Positions 19,884 through 29,895 are shown, counted from the first letter of the stretch. The stretch is 64,000 nucleotides of DNA from Armatimonadota bacterium (GCA_041690135.1 JAWLHY010000003.1:928001-992000), one strand, 5' to 3'. Translations and numbers: made by a program. The notes: generated by a model not told the origin, from the letters alone.

Positions 19884-20189
19884 ATGGCCTCACAGACGAA
19901 GACGACGACGAACCACGACGAGATCCGTCGCTGGGCGGAAGAGCGAGGCGGCTGTCCCGCGCGTGTGAAGGGTACGGGTGGTGGTGAGGACGCCGGGTTG
20001 ATCCGCATCGACTTCCCGGGCTACACCGGCCAGCAGTCGCTGGAGCGGATCTCCTGGGAAGAGTTCTTCGAGAAGTTCGAGGAGAAGAAGCTCGCCCTGA
20101 TCTACCGCGACGAGACGGCCTCCGGCGAGCCGAACCACTTCAACAAGCTCATCAGCCGCGAGACCGCCGAGGAGCGCAAAGCCGCCTGA
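19884..20189 (+). CDS. Conserved small hypothetical protein
   Basis: TTTNHDEIRRWAEERGG.PA.V, IRIDFPGY, ISWEEFFEKFEEK; GGAGG RBS. Confidence 0.85.
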   Translation: MASQTKTTTNHDEIRRWAEERGGCPARVKGTGGGEDAGLIRIDFPGYTGQQSLERISWEEFFEKFEEKKLALIYRDETASGEPNHFNKLISRETAEERKAA

Positions 20190-20216
20190 GGGGCCAACGT
20201 AACTTCCGGAAACCGA

Positions 20217-20253
20217 CAACGCGGGACCGCCCCAAGACGGGCGGCCCCGCGTT
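20217..20253. terminator. GC-rich hairpin, probable terminator
   Basis: CAACGCGGGACCGCCC / GGGCGGCCCCGCGTTG; no clear U tract. Confidence 0.5.
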
Positions 20254-20296
20254 GCTGCGTCAACCCAAACACCAAATGGCTTCTGCGTCACATCCA

Positions 20297-20326
20297 TTGC
20301 GCTGTCTCTCAGGGTTATGCTATGAT
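20297..20326 (+). promoter_or_regulatory. Promoter of rplS
   Basis: TTGCGC-18 nt-TATGAT with TGn extension; AGGAGG RBS follows. Confidence 0.65.
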
Positions 20327-20349
20327 GGCGCCCTAGGAGGAACCGTCTA

Positions 20350-20706
20350 ATGAACTTGATCCAATCCATCGAGCAGGAGCAGCTCAAGGATAGCGTGCCG
20401 GACTTCCGCGCCGGAGATACCGTGCGGGTATATGTCAAGGTCATTGAGGGGGGCAAGGAACGGATCCAGCCGTTCGAGGGAGTCGTCATTACCAAGCGGA
20501 ATGAAGGCCTGAAGTCCACCTTCACCGTCCGGAAGATTTCCCATGCCATCGGCGTCGAGCGCAGCTTCATGCTCCACTCCCCGCGCATCGACCGCGTAGA
20601 AGTCGTCCGCCACGGCGCCGTGCGCCGGGCCAAGCTGTACTACCTGCGCGAGAAGGTCGGCCGCGCCGCCCGCATCAAAGAAGACCGCAACCGCAAGTCG
20701 TCCTAA
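20350..20706 (+). CDS. rplS: 50S ribosomal protein L19
   Basis: [43 protein letters not shown]. Confidence 0.98.
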   Translation: MNLIQSIEQEQLKDSVPDFRAGDTVRVYVKVIEGGKERIQPFEGVVITKRNEGLKSTFTVRKISHAIGVERSFMLHSPRIDRVEVVRHGAVRRAKLYYLREKVGRAARIKEDRNRKSS

Positions 20707-20897
20707 CCCACCCGCCCCGACCCGCAGGGGAGCGAGTTTGTCCGTGCCGCCGGATTCCATTTGACGGTTCCGCGCATTGAGGCGACGTGGCGAAAGAACG
20801 TTCCCACTTCGATCGTGGCCTGTTCCCGGCTTGAACCTGGACAAAGCAGCGAGCGCGAGCCACCCGGTAGGGTGGCTCGCGTTGTTTTATTTGAACC

Positions 20898-21926
20898 ATG
20901 GAGTGGCTCGCTAACCTCAGCGTGAAATGGGTGCTGGTGCTCGTGGGGCTGCTGCTCGTGGCCCGACGGCTGCTGCTGCGTCCGGCGGCGACCCGGAGCC
21001 TGGAACTGGGCGCCTCGCGGGAGTTCCTCGAGTCGGCGCTGGTGGCGTTGGTCGTCGTGTTCCTGATCGTCCGGCCGTTCGTCGCCCAGGCGTACTTCAT
21101 CCCCTCGTCCAGCATGCATCCCACGCTGCGGGTATCGGATCGGATCGTGGTGAACAAGCTGGTGTACCGGTTCAAGCGACCGGAACCGGGCGAGATCGTC
21201 GTATTCCAGCCCCCCGCCGACCGTGTCCCGGTACAGAAGGACTACATCAAGCGGGTCATCGGCCGGCCGGGGCAGACGGTGGAAGTCGTCCCGCAGCGCC
21301 TGCTGGTGGACGACCAGACCCTGCTCCGGATCACGCGCAAGCCGGCCTCCGATCTCCGGCTGGAGAACTACGATCCTGTGGCGGACATCGGGTTCACCTA
21401 TCCGATCGGCGGGGGGAGTGTCTCGCTTCAGGACGGAAGGGCCATCCTGACGAGTGGAGTGGTAACGGACCTGACGGTGGCGGCTTATCAACCGGGGGAT
21501 CGCATCGAACACCAGGCGAACATGGTCCTCCTCAATAGCGAGCCGTTGATCGTCGTTCCGTTCGGGCCGATCACCGCCTCGGACGACCTCTCCCGCTGGG
21601 GAGGCGACCGCGACCTGGAGGGAACGGTCTTCTCCGTGGACGGCAACCCCCGGCTGATCCTGGTTAAGGGAAAAAAACTCTCGGTGGACGAGGGGCATGT
21701 GCTGGCCGACGGCCGGCGCCTCGTGGAGCCGTACCTGGCGGAGCCCCCGGCCTACGCAATGGCGCCCCTGCGCCTGGGACCGGGAGAGTACTTCGTGATG
21801 GGGGACAACCGGAATGAAAGCTCCGACAGCCACGAGTGGGGCCCGCTTCCCGAGGACCACATCATCGGCCGCGCGGAGTTGATCTTCTGGCCGCGCTTCC
21901 GCTGGATTCATACTCGAAAGCCCTGA
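20898..21926 (+). CDS. lepB: Signal peptidase I with enlarged beta insertion
   Basis: IPSSSMHPTL (catalytic Ser), DYIKRVIG (catalytic Lys), FVMGDNRNESSDS..WG. Confidence 0.95.
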   Translation: MEWLANLSVKWVLVLVGLLLVARRLLLRPAATRSLELGASREFLESALVALVVVFLIVRPFVAQAYFIPSSSMHPTLRVSDRIVVNKLVYRFKRPEPGEIVVFQPPADRVPVQKDYIKRVIGRPGQTVEVVPQRLLVDDQTLLRITRKPASDLRLENYDPVADIGFTYPIGGGSVSLQDGRAILTSGVVTDLTVAAYQPGDRIEHQANMVLLNSEPLIVVPFGPITASDDLSRWGGDRDLEGTVFSVDGNPRLILVKGKKLSVDEGHVLADGRRLVEPYLAEPPAYAMAPLRLGPGEYFVMGDNRNESSDSHEWGPLPEDHIIGRAELIFWPRFRWIHTRKP

Positions 21927-21927
21927 C

Positions 21928-22659
21928 ATGCCGCGCCGTGCCGCTTCCTCACCCCGACTCGACCTGTCTTTCTCGGAATGCGCTCCCGACTGGGAGTGGG
22001 AGTTCCGGCTACGCACGGAAGGCTGGAAGATCATCGCCGGCGTGGACGAGGCCGGACGGGGACCGCTCGCCGGTCCCGTCGTGGCGGCGGCGGTCGTCCT
22101 GCCTCACCCGTTGGAACTGGAAGGCCTCCGCGACTCCAAGTGCCTGAAAGAGGCGCAGCGAGACCGGCTGTACGCCTCTATCGTGGGTGCGGCGGAGTGC
22201 TGGGCGGTGGCGGCGGTGGAGCCGGACGAGATCGACCGGGTCAACATCCTGCGGGCGACGCACCTGGCCATGGCGCGGGCCCTCGCACAACTTGCAAATT
22301 CACCATGCGGGGCCCTGGTGGACGGCCTGCCGGTGCGGGGGCTCCCCTGCCCACACCGGGCGATCGTCAAGGGGGACGCCTGCTGCATGTCCATCGCCGC
22401 GGCCTCCATCCTGGCAAAGGTCACCCGGGACCGCCTGATGACCGCGCTGGACGAGCAGTATCCCGGCTACGGCTTCGCCCGTCACAAGGGCTATCCCACT
22501 CCCGATCACCTGGCCGCCCTGCGCGAATTGGGTCCGTCGCCCTGCCATCGTCGGTCCTTCCGGCCGGTGGCGGAGCTGATTGACCTTGCCGGCTCGGGTT
22601 CCGCATTGCCGGAGAATGCGAAGGCAGGATTCGGCGACGCTCTTTTCGATGGGACGTAG
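21928..22659 (+). CDS. rnhB: Ribonuclease HII
   Basis: GVDEAGRGPLAGPV, DSK, KGDA..SIAAASILAKV, HKGYPT. Confidence 0.97.
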   Translation: MPRRAASSPRLDLSFSECAPDWEWEFRLRTEGWKIIAGVDEAGRGPLAGPVVAAAVVLPHPLELEGLRDSKCLKEAQRDRLYASIVGAAECWAVAAVEPDEIDRVNILRATHLAMARALAQLANSPCGALVDGLPVRGLPCPHRAIVKGDACCMSIAAASILAKVTRDRLMTALDEQYPGYGFARHKGYPTPDHLAALRELGPSPCHRRSFRPVAELIDLAGSGSALPENAKAGFGDALFDGT

Positions 22660-22699
22660 TCAGCGGATATCCCGCCAGATTAATCGGTTCACCGTGTCC

Positions 22700-23075
22700 G
22701 GCGCAGAGATTCCCCTACGGCAAGACAGGTAGGAGAACGAGACAGAGCAGGCATCGGAGAGCCTGCCCTACACGGGCCGCTCTCTGCACCTTCACGGTTA
22801 TCCAGACGCTTGCGCGTGTACAAAGTCGGGACCTGCAGGTTGGGGTAGGTTCGTGGAGTGTAGGGCCGGAACTCCGCCCCGGCCTGGAGATGGATTCGGT
22901 ATCGGTCACGCCGGCCGGCGCACGAGACCGAGTACGCGCCAATCGAGAGGCTCGGGTCCAGGGCAAAGCCACAGCGCCCAGTTCCCGAGATCCTGCCTTT
23001 GAGTTCACACGGCGGGACGGGTGCAAACGCAAGACACGGCAGGCATCGGAGAGCCCGCCCTACATCGGTGCGTGC
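22700..23075. repeat. GTAG-type REP cluster
   Basis: AGGCATCGGAGAGCC(T/C)GCCCTACA at 22749 and 23041; inverted TGTAGGGCCGG unit near 22859. Confidence 0.7.
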
Positions 23076-23171
23076 CCACAAGGAGTTCCCTTCGGCAAGA
23101 TCAGCGACACGATGCTCTTCTTTTGCCAACTGTGGGCATGACCATCGGAACTCTCGCAAACAAGTGATCCA

Positions 23172-23612
23172 TCAACGTCCCGCCTGGCTCAGGGCGAAAA
23201 CGGTTGCAGCCAGGATGATGGCGCCGATCACGAGGGCCGCGACGTTGAGGCCCAGGCCGACCAGGGTCATCGTGCGGTTTGGGAGCTCCGGGCGCTGCCG
23301 GTGCTGTTTGAGGGCGCTGACCCCCGCCACGATCCCTCCGATGGCGAAGGGGATCCCGACGCAGATCCAGCTCGTCAGGAAGGCGGCGATCCCCACCCCC
23401 AGCGTGATCCCCGGCAGGGTGAATTGACGCTGGCTGACCTGGAGCGCGCCGCGGGTGTAAAGGAGATCGAAGCAGCGCGGGCAGTAGAGCCGACCCTCGA
23501 CCGGGGTGACGCAGAGCCCGCACATGAAGTCGCCGCATCGCTCGCAGAGGTGGCCGGCGGGGTTGCCGGCATGGTAGGCGCAGGGGGCGGAGTGGAGTTC
23601 CGGCTCACTCAT
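23172..23612 (-). CDS. B-box-like zinc finger + DUF4190-like membrane protein
   Basis: CAYH..CERCGDFMCGLC..CPRC followed by TM hairpins. Confidence 0.8.
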   Translation of the reverse strand: MSEPELHSAPCAYHAGNPAGHLCERCGDFMCGLCVTPVEGRLYCPRCFDLLYTRGALQVSQRQFTLPGITLGVGIAAFLTSWICVGIPFAIGGIVAGVSALKQHRQRPELPNRTMTLVGLGLNVAALVIGAIILAATVFALSQAGR

Positions 23613-24016
23613 AACACCCCCAGCCGGAACAGGACGATGGCGATGACGGAGAGCGTCCAGGGCAGGAGGGTTCCCACGGAAGTCACAATTCCCGCCAGTG
23701 CGAGGGACCGTCCGCCCCAGTGGCCTTCCAGTTCGATCTCTCGCAAGACCTTGTTGCCCAGGTAGATCCCCAGGGCGCCGGTCACCGGCACCAGAACGCC
23801 GCACAGGAGGTAGCCGAAGAGGGGAGTCAGGAGCGACCAGATGGCCATGGGATGCTGCCGTTTCCGCTCCATCACCCCGGCCACTGCCCCCTGCTTGCAG
23901 GCAAGGCAGAGGTGCCGGCCCATGATCTCGACCCGGCAGAGCTCGCAGAACGGCTGGCCGCAGCCCTCGCACGGTTGGGCATCGGCGGCATAGGGATGGT
24001 TCGTGCAGGATTGCAT
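23609..24016 (-). CDS. B-box-like zinc finger + DUF4190-like membrane protein
   Basis: CTNHP..CEGCGQPFCELC..CLAC; AIWSLL..G.GRSLALAGI. Confidence 0.8.
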   Translation of the reverse strand: MQSCTNHPYAADAQPCEGCGQPFCELCRVEIMGRHLCLACKQGAVAGVMERKRQHPMAIWSLLTPLFGYLLCGVLVPVTGALGIYLGNKVLREIELEGHWGGRSLALAGIVTSVGTLLPWTLSVIAIVLFRLGVL

Positions 24017-24026
24017 GGCGAGCAGG

Positions 24027-24455
24027 TTACCAGGGTGAAACGAAGTCCGGATGTAGATAGAGCCAGAGCATCCGGCCCAGCCCATAAACGACGGTGGCGA
24101 CAAGGAGCGCGCACACACCGTAGTTCACCATCCGGCTCCGTTCTTCCGCCCACCGTGCCAGCTTCTCCTTCCGCTCTCCCGGTAGCCATCCAACGAGAGT
24201 GAGCGGCACCAACAAAACGAACAGTACGGCTCCCACCGGGTGGTAGAACACGGCCTTACTCACGTCCAGGTGGGCCATTCCGATGAAGCTGCGAGTCATC
24301 CCGCAGCCGAAGCACGGCAGTCCCGTCAGGGTCTTGAACTGGCAGAGGGGAATGCCAAAGCCGTCCGCCGGCAGCGCCCACGCGAGGACGAGGACGGCCA
24401 GGCACGCGATGGATGCCAGTCTGGATCGGATTATGCGGGCGAGGAGGTCACCCAT
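24027..24455 (-). CDS. DUF2752 family membrane protein
   Basis: CQFKTLTGLPCFGCGMTRS..A..YHP. Confidence 0.88.
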   Translation of the reverse strand: MGDLLARIIRSRLASIACLAVLVLAWALPADGFGIPLCQFKTLTGLPCFGCGMTRSFIGMAHLDVSKAVFYHPVGAVLFVLLVPLTLVGWLPGERKEKLARWAEERSRMVNYGVCALLVATVVYGLGRMLWLYLHPDFVSPW

Positions 24456-24462
24456 TGCGGCT

Positions 24463-24580
24463 GGTGGAGGGTGGAGAGGGGAGGGGGGAGGGCTTCCAGT
24501 GGAGGGGGGAGGGTTTCCAGTGGAGGGTAGAGGGTTTCCGGTAGAGGGAGGAGCGGGGAGGGGTGAGGGGGAGGGGTGCG
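24463..24580. repeat. GTGGAGG-type heptamer / 21-nt repeat tract
   Basis: GGG(T/C)TTCC(A/G)GT(G/A)GAGGG x3 plus heptamers. Confidence 0.75.
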
Positions 24581-24741
24581 GCGGCAGGGAGAATACGCAA
24601 GCACAGGGATGACGGGTGAAAAGCCTCCTGGAACCCACGTGGAACGAACCCGCCCGCGACGGGTACGCAGGATTCAGGGCCTGTACGTTCTACGATGCGA
24701 ACTATCTGGCAAGGACCTCCGTGCCGGCGCATGCCTTCACT

Positions 24742-24897
24742 TTACCTTTCCAGATCGGTGCGGCGACGGCACCAGCGGGCACTGTCATTCATCATTCGCG
24801 TTAGCATCCGGCAAATCTGCTCGTAGGTCATCGGAAGGCGCGTATATCCGGGGTGAAGCCGCGTGGCACACTGGGTTGCGACAGGCTGGTCCCGGCT
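24742..24897 (-). pseudogene. Possible remnant of a four-helix-bundle (23S rRNA IVS-type) gene, C-terminal part
   Basis: ATQ..GY..YEQICRMLTRMMNDSARWC resembles that family's ETQ..GY..Y..I..ML..M..WC end; stop codon immediately upstream. Confidence 0.35.
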
Positions 24898-25050
24898 CTA
24901 GCAATGACTACGGTGTTGCACACCCTCATCTCCTTCAGGACAGGGCAACCTGAGCCGATGCCCCTACAGAACGGGCTGCCGGGCGGGTACTGACCGTGAA
25001 GTTGATGCGCATGTCTCTCATCCTTCTCTCTCGTCGTCCCACCGGCCGTC

Positions 25051-25866
25051 TCACCTTACTACCGGCACACCACCCCCTTTTACTCTTAACCCACTTTCCG
25101 CTTCCGAGAGGGCGACGGCGGTGATGTTCTGGACGAACTTCTCTTCGCTCAGGAACTCTTCGCGGTGGACGTCCAGGCGTTGTTCCAGGTATTCAGCCGC
25201 GTCGCGGAAGAGGGCTTGGCGGGCTTCGAACTCCAGTTCATTGCGGCGGAGGCAGAGTTGGAGCAGGGTCTCGCGTTCTTCCATGGTGAGGCGGGAACGG
25301 ATACGGGCGCGGAGGGAGGGGTCTTCCTGCAGGCTGTTGTACTTATCAGAGGGCGCGATAACGGCGCTCGGCATCACGCGCTTCCGGGTGCGCACCACGA
25401 GCGTTCCCGCCGCCCAGTCGCCGAGGCGCTTTTGCCGCGGATTGGCCAGCGCGACCACCCCACCCAGCGCGTAGAAGCCGATCCCGATGAAGTCGATGGA
25501 GAACGCGGGCATCATGTCCGCGATCCGCATCAGGTTGCGGACGAACGATTGGAAGAGGTCGACGTTGATGCCCCGGTCGTCGATGACGCGGAGGTCCATC
25601 ACCCGCTTGCCCGGGGTCTGGCCGGTCCACTTCCACTCGAAATAGGTGAAGTAGCCGAAGTAGATGACGAAAGACGCGAGCAGGCCGATTGCCGCTGTGA
25701 GGATGATGAGCATGCCCGTGGAGAGCACGATCAGCCAGACTACCAGAAGCAGCGCTAGAATGATGAGATGATCGAGGGCGACCGCGAGCATGCGGCTGCC
25801 CAGCCCGGCCAGCTCATAGACGAATTCGACGCTCTCCGGCGTCAGGACGCGGTGCTCGTTCTTCAT
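25051..25866 (-). CDS. RDD family protein
   Basis: TPESV..LAGLGSRMLAVALD, GQTPGKR, RNLMRIAD, KRLGDWAAGTLVV. Confidence 0.92.
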   Translation of the reverse strand: MKNEHRVLTPESVEFVYELAGLGSRMLAVALDHLIILALLLVVWLIVLSTGMLIILTAAIGLLASFVIYFGYFTYFEWKWTGQTPGKRVMDLRVIDDRGINVDLFQSFVRNLMRIADMMPAFSIDFIGIGFYALGGVVALANPRQKRLGDWAAGTLVVRTRKRVMPSAVIAPSDKYNSLQEDPSLRARIRSRLTMEERETLLQLCLRRNELEFEARQALFRDAAEYLEQRLDVHREEFLSEEKFVQNITAVALSEAESGLRVKGGGVPVVR

Positions 25867-25971
25867 TCAGGGGTTCTCGAGGCCTGCTCCGGCGACCCCA
25901 GCCGCGGGTCAAAACCCGTGGCTGACTGACCGAAGTCCGCCGTCGCGGACTCTTTTTCGTGGTATAGACTT

Positions 25972-27033
25972 ATGCCAGCCGCTCGGCCCACCGATATCAA
26001 TTCCTTCCTGAACCGGCGGCAGCCGAACTGGAGGCGCCTGGAAGCACTTCTCCAACGCGTGGAGGAAGAAGGGCTCAAGTCGCTCTCCACAGCGGAGGTG
26101 CGCGAGTTCGGGATTCTCTACCGGCGGGCCTCGTCGGACCTGGTGACCGCGCGGGCGAAGACGACCAACGCGGACCTGCTCCAGTATCTCAACGACCTGG
26201 TGGCCCGCGCGTACTCGCAGGTCTACCGTTCCCGGCGGTTCCAACCCAGAGATATCCTAACGTTTCTCTGGATCGACTTCCCGCGCCTCTTTCGGCATGC
26301 GGGAAAATACGTAGCGCTGGCGACCCTGATCTCCCTTGCCTCGATGGCGTTCGGATGGGAGATGAACCGGCGCGACCCGGCCGGCGCCTACTACATGCTG
26401 CCACCGGCGATGGTGAAGCAGATCCCCACGATGCGCCAGGTCTGGAGCAAGCGCACCGGTCACGACAGCAACACCCTGCCCGTAACCGCCATGCCGGCCC
26501 TCAGCGCCTTCCTGATGACCCACAACATCGGTGTCGGCCTCACGGCGTTTGCGGGCGGCGTGTTCTTCGGCACCGGATCGCTCTGGGCGATGGTCCAGAA
26601 CGGCATGATGCTGGGGATCCTCGGGGAGGCGATGACGCGGCCGGAGACGGCGGTGGTCTTCTGGTCCATGATCCTGCCGCACGGCATCATCGAGCTGTCC
26701 GCCATCTTCATCATGGGTGGGGCCGGCTTCCTGATCGCGAGCGCCCTGCTGGCCCCCGGTAACCGCACCCGCCTGGATGCCCTCGTCGAGCGGGGGAGAC
26801 TGGCAGTGCTCCTCGCCGCGGGGGGAGCGGCCATGCTGGTGATCGCCGGTCTGATCGAGGCGTTCATCACCCCGCCTGCCATCTTTCCCCCGTGGGCGAA
26901 GCTGATCTTCGCCGCCGTGACGCTGCTGGCGGAGATTCTCTTCTTCACCCGCGCCGGCCGCGGTCCCCAGCCGGGACTGCTGAAAGAACTGGCGGCGTAC
27001 AGTCCGGATCAGAAAGAGCTGGCTCGCCTCTGA
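25972..27033 (+). CDS. SpoIIM-like (DUF95) membrane protein
   Basis: W.RLE.LL, YRRASSDL, THNIGV, NGMMLG, LPHGIIELSAI, AGLIEAF. Confidence 0.9.
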   Translation: MPAARPTDINSFLNRRQPNWRRLEALLQRVEEEGLKSLSTAEVREFGILYRRASSDLVTARAKTTNADLLQYLNDLVARAYSQVYRSRRFQPRDILTFLWIDFPRLFRHAGKYVALATLISLASMAFGWEMNRRDPAGAYYMLPPAMVKQIPTMRQVWSKRTGHDSNTLPVTAMPALSAFLMTHNIGVGLTAFAGGVFFGTGSLWAMVQNGMMLGILGEAMTRPETAVVFWSMILPHGIIELSAIFIMGGAGFLIASALLAPGNRTRLDALVERGRLAVLLAAGGAAMLVIAGLIEAFITPPAIFPPWAKLIFAAVTLLAEILFFTRAGRGPQPGLLKELAAYSPDQKELARL

Positions 27034-27148
27034 AAATTGCAAATTGCAAATTGGAGATTGCAAACTGAGAATTGAAGAGCCCCCGCCGGAGATCGCGGCT
27101 TGGGTAGTCCCAATTTGCAATTTGCAATTTAAAATTTCCAATTTGCAA
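27034..27148. repeat. Inverted pair of AATTGCA / AATTTGC heptamer tracts
   Basis: aaattgcaaattgcaaattgg..caatttgcaatttgcaattt between convergent genes. Confidence 0.85.
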
Positions 27149-27151
27149 TGG

Positions 27152-28024
27152 TCATCTCTCGATGTTGGCTTCCAGGAAGCTCACGACGCGTTCCACGTAG
27201 CTCTTCCCCGCTTTCGAGAGGCATCCGGTGTGGCCGGCGCCGGGGATGGTCCACAACTCCGCCTGGTTCCCCGCGGCCGCCACGATGCGGTGGGCATGGC
27301 GGACCGGGATCAGCAAGTCCCGCTCGCCGTGGATCGCGAGGAGCGGCCGGGGTCTCCAGTCGCGCAGTTCCGCCTCGGGATCGATGTCTTCCACGTGGTT
27401 CCCACACCAGTGCTCGGCCCAGTGGCGGACCGAACGGCCGACCGGTTCCCGTACGGACGGCGGCAGGTAGAAGAAGTTTTGCTCGACCATATCGCCCAGG
27501 TTGGCAAAGGCGGAGTCTGTAACGACGGCTTCGACGCCAGGGTCGGCTGCCGCGGCCAGCAGAGATGTGGCGCCGCCGAGCGACATGCCGTAGAGCCCCA
27601 CGTGTGGAACTCCCGCTTCTTGCCGCAGCCAATCGACGGCGGCCAGGGCGTCCCCCCGTTCCCGGTAGCCGTAGGTACACACGTCGCCCCGGCTGAGGCC
27701 CATCGCGCGGAAGTCGAACAGGAAAAGGTGAAAACCCGCCTCGTGGAGCGGCCGCAGCATCCGGTGGAACTGCTGGCGGGAGTTGTTCCGGCCGTGGCAC
27801 AGCACGATCCCCGCCCGGGAGCCGGGCCGCGGGATGTACCACGCCGCGAGGTCGGTCTCGTGGCTGCGGAGCCGCACGCGTTCATACGGGAGGCCATGCA
27901 CCCGCGGCGTGATGACCGGCGGCACGCGCGCCGGGTGGAGCAGGCACCACGCCACCCCCGCCCCCGCGCGGTGCAGCACCCGTTCACCCAGTCCTCGTCG
28001 TTTGTCGCCGTTTTCCGCCATCAT
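27152..28024 (-). CDS. Alpha/beta hydrolase
   Basis: LCHG, FDFRAMG, GMSLGG nucleophile, IHGERD, GAGH. Confidence 0.92.
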   Translation of the reverse strand: MMAENGDKRRGLGERVLHRAGAGVAWCLLHPARVPPVITPRVHGLPYERVRLRSHETDLAAWYIPRPGSRAGIVLCHGRNNSRQQFHRMLRPLHEAGFHLFLFDFRAMGLSRGDVCTYGYRERGDALAAVDWLRQEAGVPHVGLYGMSLGGATSLLAAAADPGVEAVVTDSAFANLGDMVEQNFFYLPPSVREPVGRSVRHWAEHWCGNHVEDIDPEAELRDWRPRPLLAIHGERDLLIPVRHAHRIVAAAGNQAELWTIPGAGHTGCLSKAGKSYVERVVSFLEANIER

Positions 28025-28228
28025 CCGTCTCCACCTCCCCCATTATGGTAACGGGAAGCACCATGGAAACCCCTGGGCTCGGAGGCGGGATTTGCGTGCG
28101 AGCGGGTCCCGGGATTTGTGGGACGGGGGTTCAGACCTGCACCCCAACTCAGAGGAGTTCCGGCGTGGTCCGGTGAACGTTTACGCAGGAATCTTGGTCC
28201 GATGGATCCATCCAAGGGAGGGTGGCCG

Positions 28229-29191
28229 ATGAACCGGCGGCAAGTGCTTTGGGCGGGAGTGGGATTGGGAAGCGCGGTGTTGGGCTTCCGAAGGGGAGAA
28301 GCCCAGGAAGGTGGGAACCTGGCGGAGCGGCTGGGATACAAGCGGGACCAGCGCCTGCTGATGATCCACGCCGATGACCTGGGGATGTGCCACTCCGTGA
28401 ACGTGGCCAGTTGGAAGGCCATGACGGATGGCGTGGTGAGCAGCGCCAGCGTGATGGTGCCCTGCCCCTGGTTTCCGGAGATGGCCCAGTGGGCGCGCGA
28501 GCACCCCAACATGGACCTCGGCCTGCACCTGACGCTTACCAGCGAGTGGAAGCTCTACCGCTGGCGGCCGGTCTCTCCCATCAATGAAGTGAAAAGCCTC
28601 CTCGACGACCAGGGCTTTCTCTGGCGGTCCGTGGCGGACGTAAAGAAGAACGCGAAGCCGGAAGAGGTCGAGGCGGAGATCCGCGCGCAGATCCGACGGG
28701 CGCTGCAGTTCGGGATGAAGCCGACCCACGTCGACTCGCACATGGGCACGCTCTTCTCGGACCGGAAGTTCTTCGAGGCCTACGTCCGGGTGGCAAAGGA
28801 AGTCGGGATCATGCCGATGCTGCCGGGGCCCACGCCGGAGATCCTGCAGCAGGCCGCCCTCCTCGGGCTGGACTACAAAGCCATCGTTCGAGACCTCCAG
28901 AAGCAGGGGATGGTGGTCCTGGATGTTCTCAACACCAGCCTCGAGGGGAACGACTACGAGGCTCGGAAGCGGGCCTTCGAGGTCTTCGTCAAGGGTCTTC
29001 AGCCCGGCGTCACGGAACTGATCTGCCACCTGAGCGGCGATGATGACGAAATCCAGCACGTCACCGGCAACTGGCGTCCCCGGTACAACGAGTTCCGTCT
29101 GTTTACCGAGCCGGCCAGCCGCAAGCTCCTCGAAGACCACGGCGTAAAGCTCATCGGTTACCGGGAGCTCGACAAGCTCTGGAAGCGCTGA
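28229..29191 (+). CDS. YdjC/ChbG family carbohydrate deacetylase with Tat signal
   Basis: MNRRQVL twin-Arg; HADDLGM, GLHLTLTSEW, THVDSHMG, ELICH. Confidence 0.9.
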   Translation: MNRRQVLWAGVGLGSAVLGFRRGEAQEGGNLAERLGYKRDQRLLMIHADDLGMCHSVNVASWKAMTDGVVSSASVMVPCPWFPEMAQWAREHPNMDLGLHLTLTSEWKLYRWRPVSPINEVKSLLDDQGFLWRSVADVKKNAKPEEVEAEIRAQIRRALQFGMKPTHVDSHMGTLFSDRKFFEAYVRVAKEVGIMPMLPGPTPEILQQAALLGLDYKAIVRDLQKQGMVVLDVLNTSLEGNDYEARKRAFEVFVKGLQPGVTELICHLSGDDDEIQHVTGNWRPRYNEFRLFTEPASRKLLEDHGVKLIGYRELDKLWKR

Positions 29192-29199
29192 CGCACTGA

Positions 29200-29895
29200 A
29201 TGCCGGTGGGAGGCCCTTCCGTATCGATCGTCGTTCCCGTGCTGAACGAGGCGGAGGGTATCGCGGCTTTCCTCCGGCATCTGCGCGAGCAGGCGCCGGA
29301 TGCGGAGATCATCGTGGCGGACGGCGGGAGCACGGACGACACTCCCGTCGTCGCCGCAGCCCTGGCGGACCGGCTCGTGCACAGCCCGTGCGGTCGCGCG
29401 CTCCAGATGAACGCAGGGGCACGGGTGGCCGGGGGAGAGGTCCTCTGGTTTCTCCATGCCGATTCCGCTCTCTCTCCGGGGGCACTGGCGGCGCTGCGAG
29501 AGGCGATTCGGGGCGGGCTGGCCGGCGGGTGCTTCCGGTTGCGGATCGCTGAAGCTGCCCCCATCTACCGCGTCAGCGACTCCCTAGGTAACCTGGGGGT
29601 CGACCTGTTCCGGATCTCCCTGGGCGACCACGGTATCTTCTGCACCCGCGCGGCGTTTGACGCGGCCGGCGGTTATCCGGACGTGCCGCTGATGGAAGAC
29701 GCCGAGTTCTATCGCCGTCTCCAGCGGATGGGACGCGTCCGGCAGCTCCGGGCCGCGATTACCACCAGCCCGCGGCGGTACGAGCGGCATGGGCCCTATC
29801 GCACCACCGCCATCTACGCGCTCATCCTGGCCCTTTACGCTGCGCGCGTGCCGATTCCCGTTCTGGCGCGAGTCTACCGACGCGTGGCGGGGTAG
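29200..29895 (+). CDS. GT2 glycosyltransferase (TIGR04283-like)
   Basis: SIVVPVLNEA, DGGSTD, GRALQMNAG, FLHADS, GDHGIF, PLMEDAEF, TSPRRY. Confidence 0.88.
   Translation: MPVGGPSVSIVVPVLNEAEGIAAFLRHLREQAPDAEIIVADGGSTDDTPVVAAALADRLVHSPCGRALQMNAGARVAGGEVLWFLHADSALSPGALAALREAIRGGLAGGCFRLRIAEAAPIYRVSDSLGNLGVDLFRISLGDHGIFCTRAAFDAAGGYPDVPLMEDAEFYRRLQRMGRVRQLRAAITTSPRRYERHGPYRTTAIYALILALYAARVPIPVLARVYRRVAG

Noticed and set aside
29200-29895. Arsenosugar or selenosugar biosynthetic cluster
   Set aside because: Partner genes (radical SAM, second glycosyltransferase, methyltransferase) are absent from the window.
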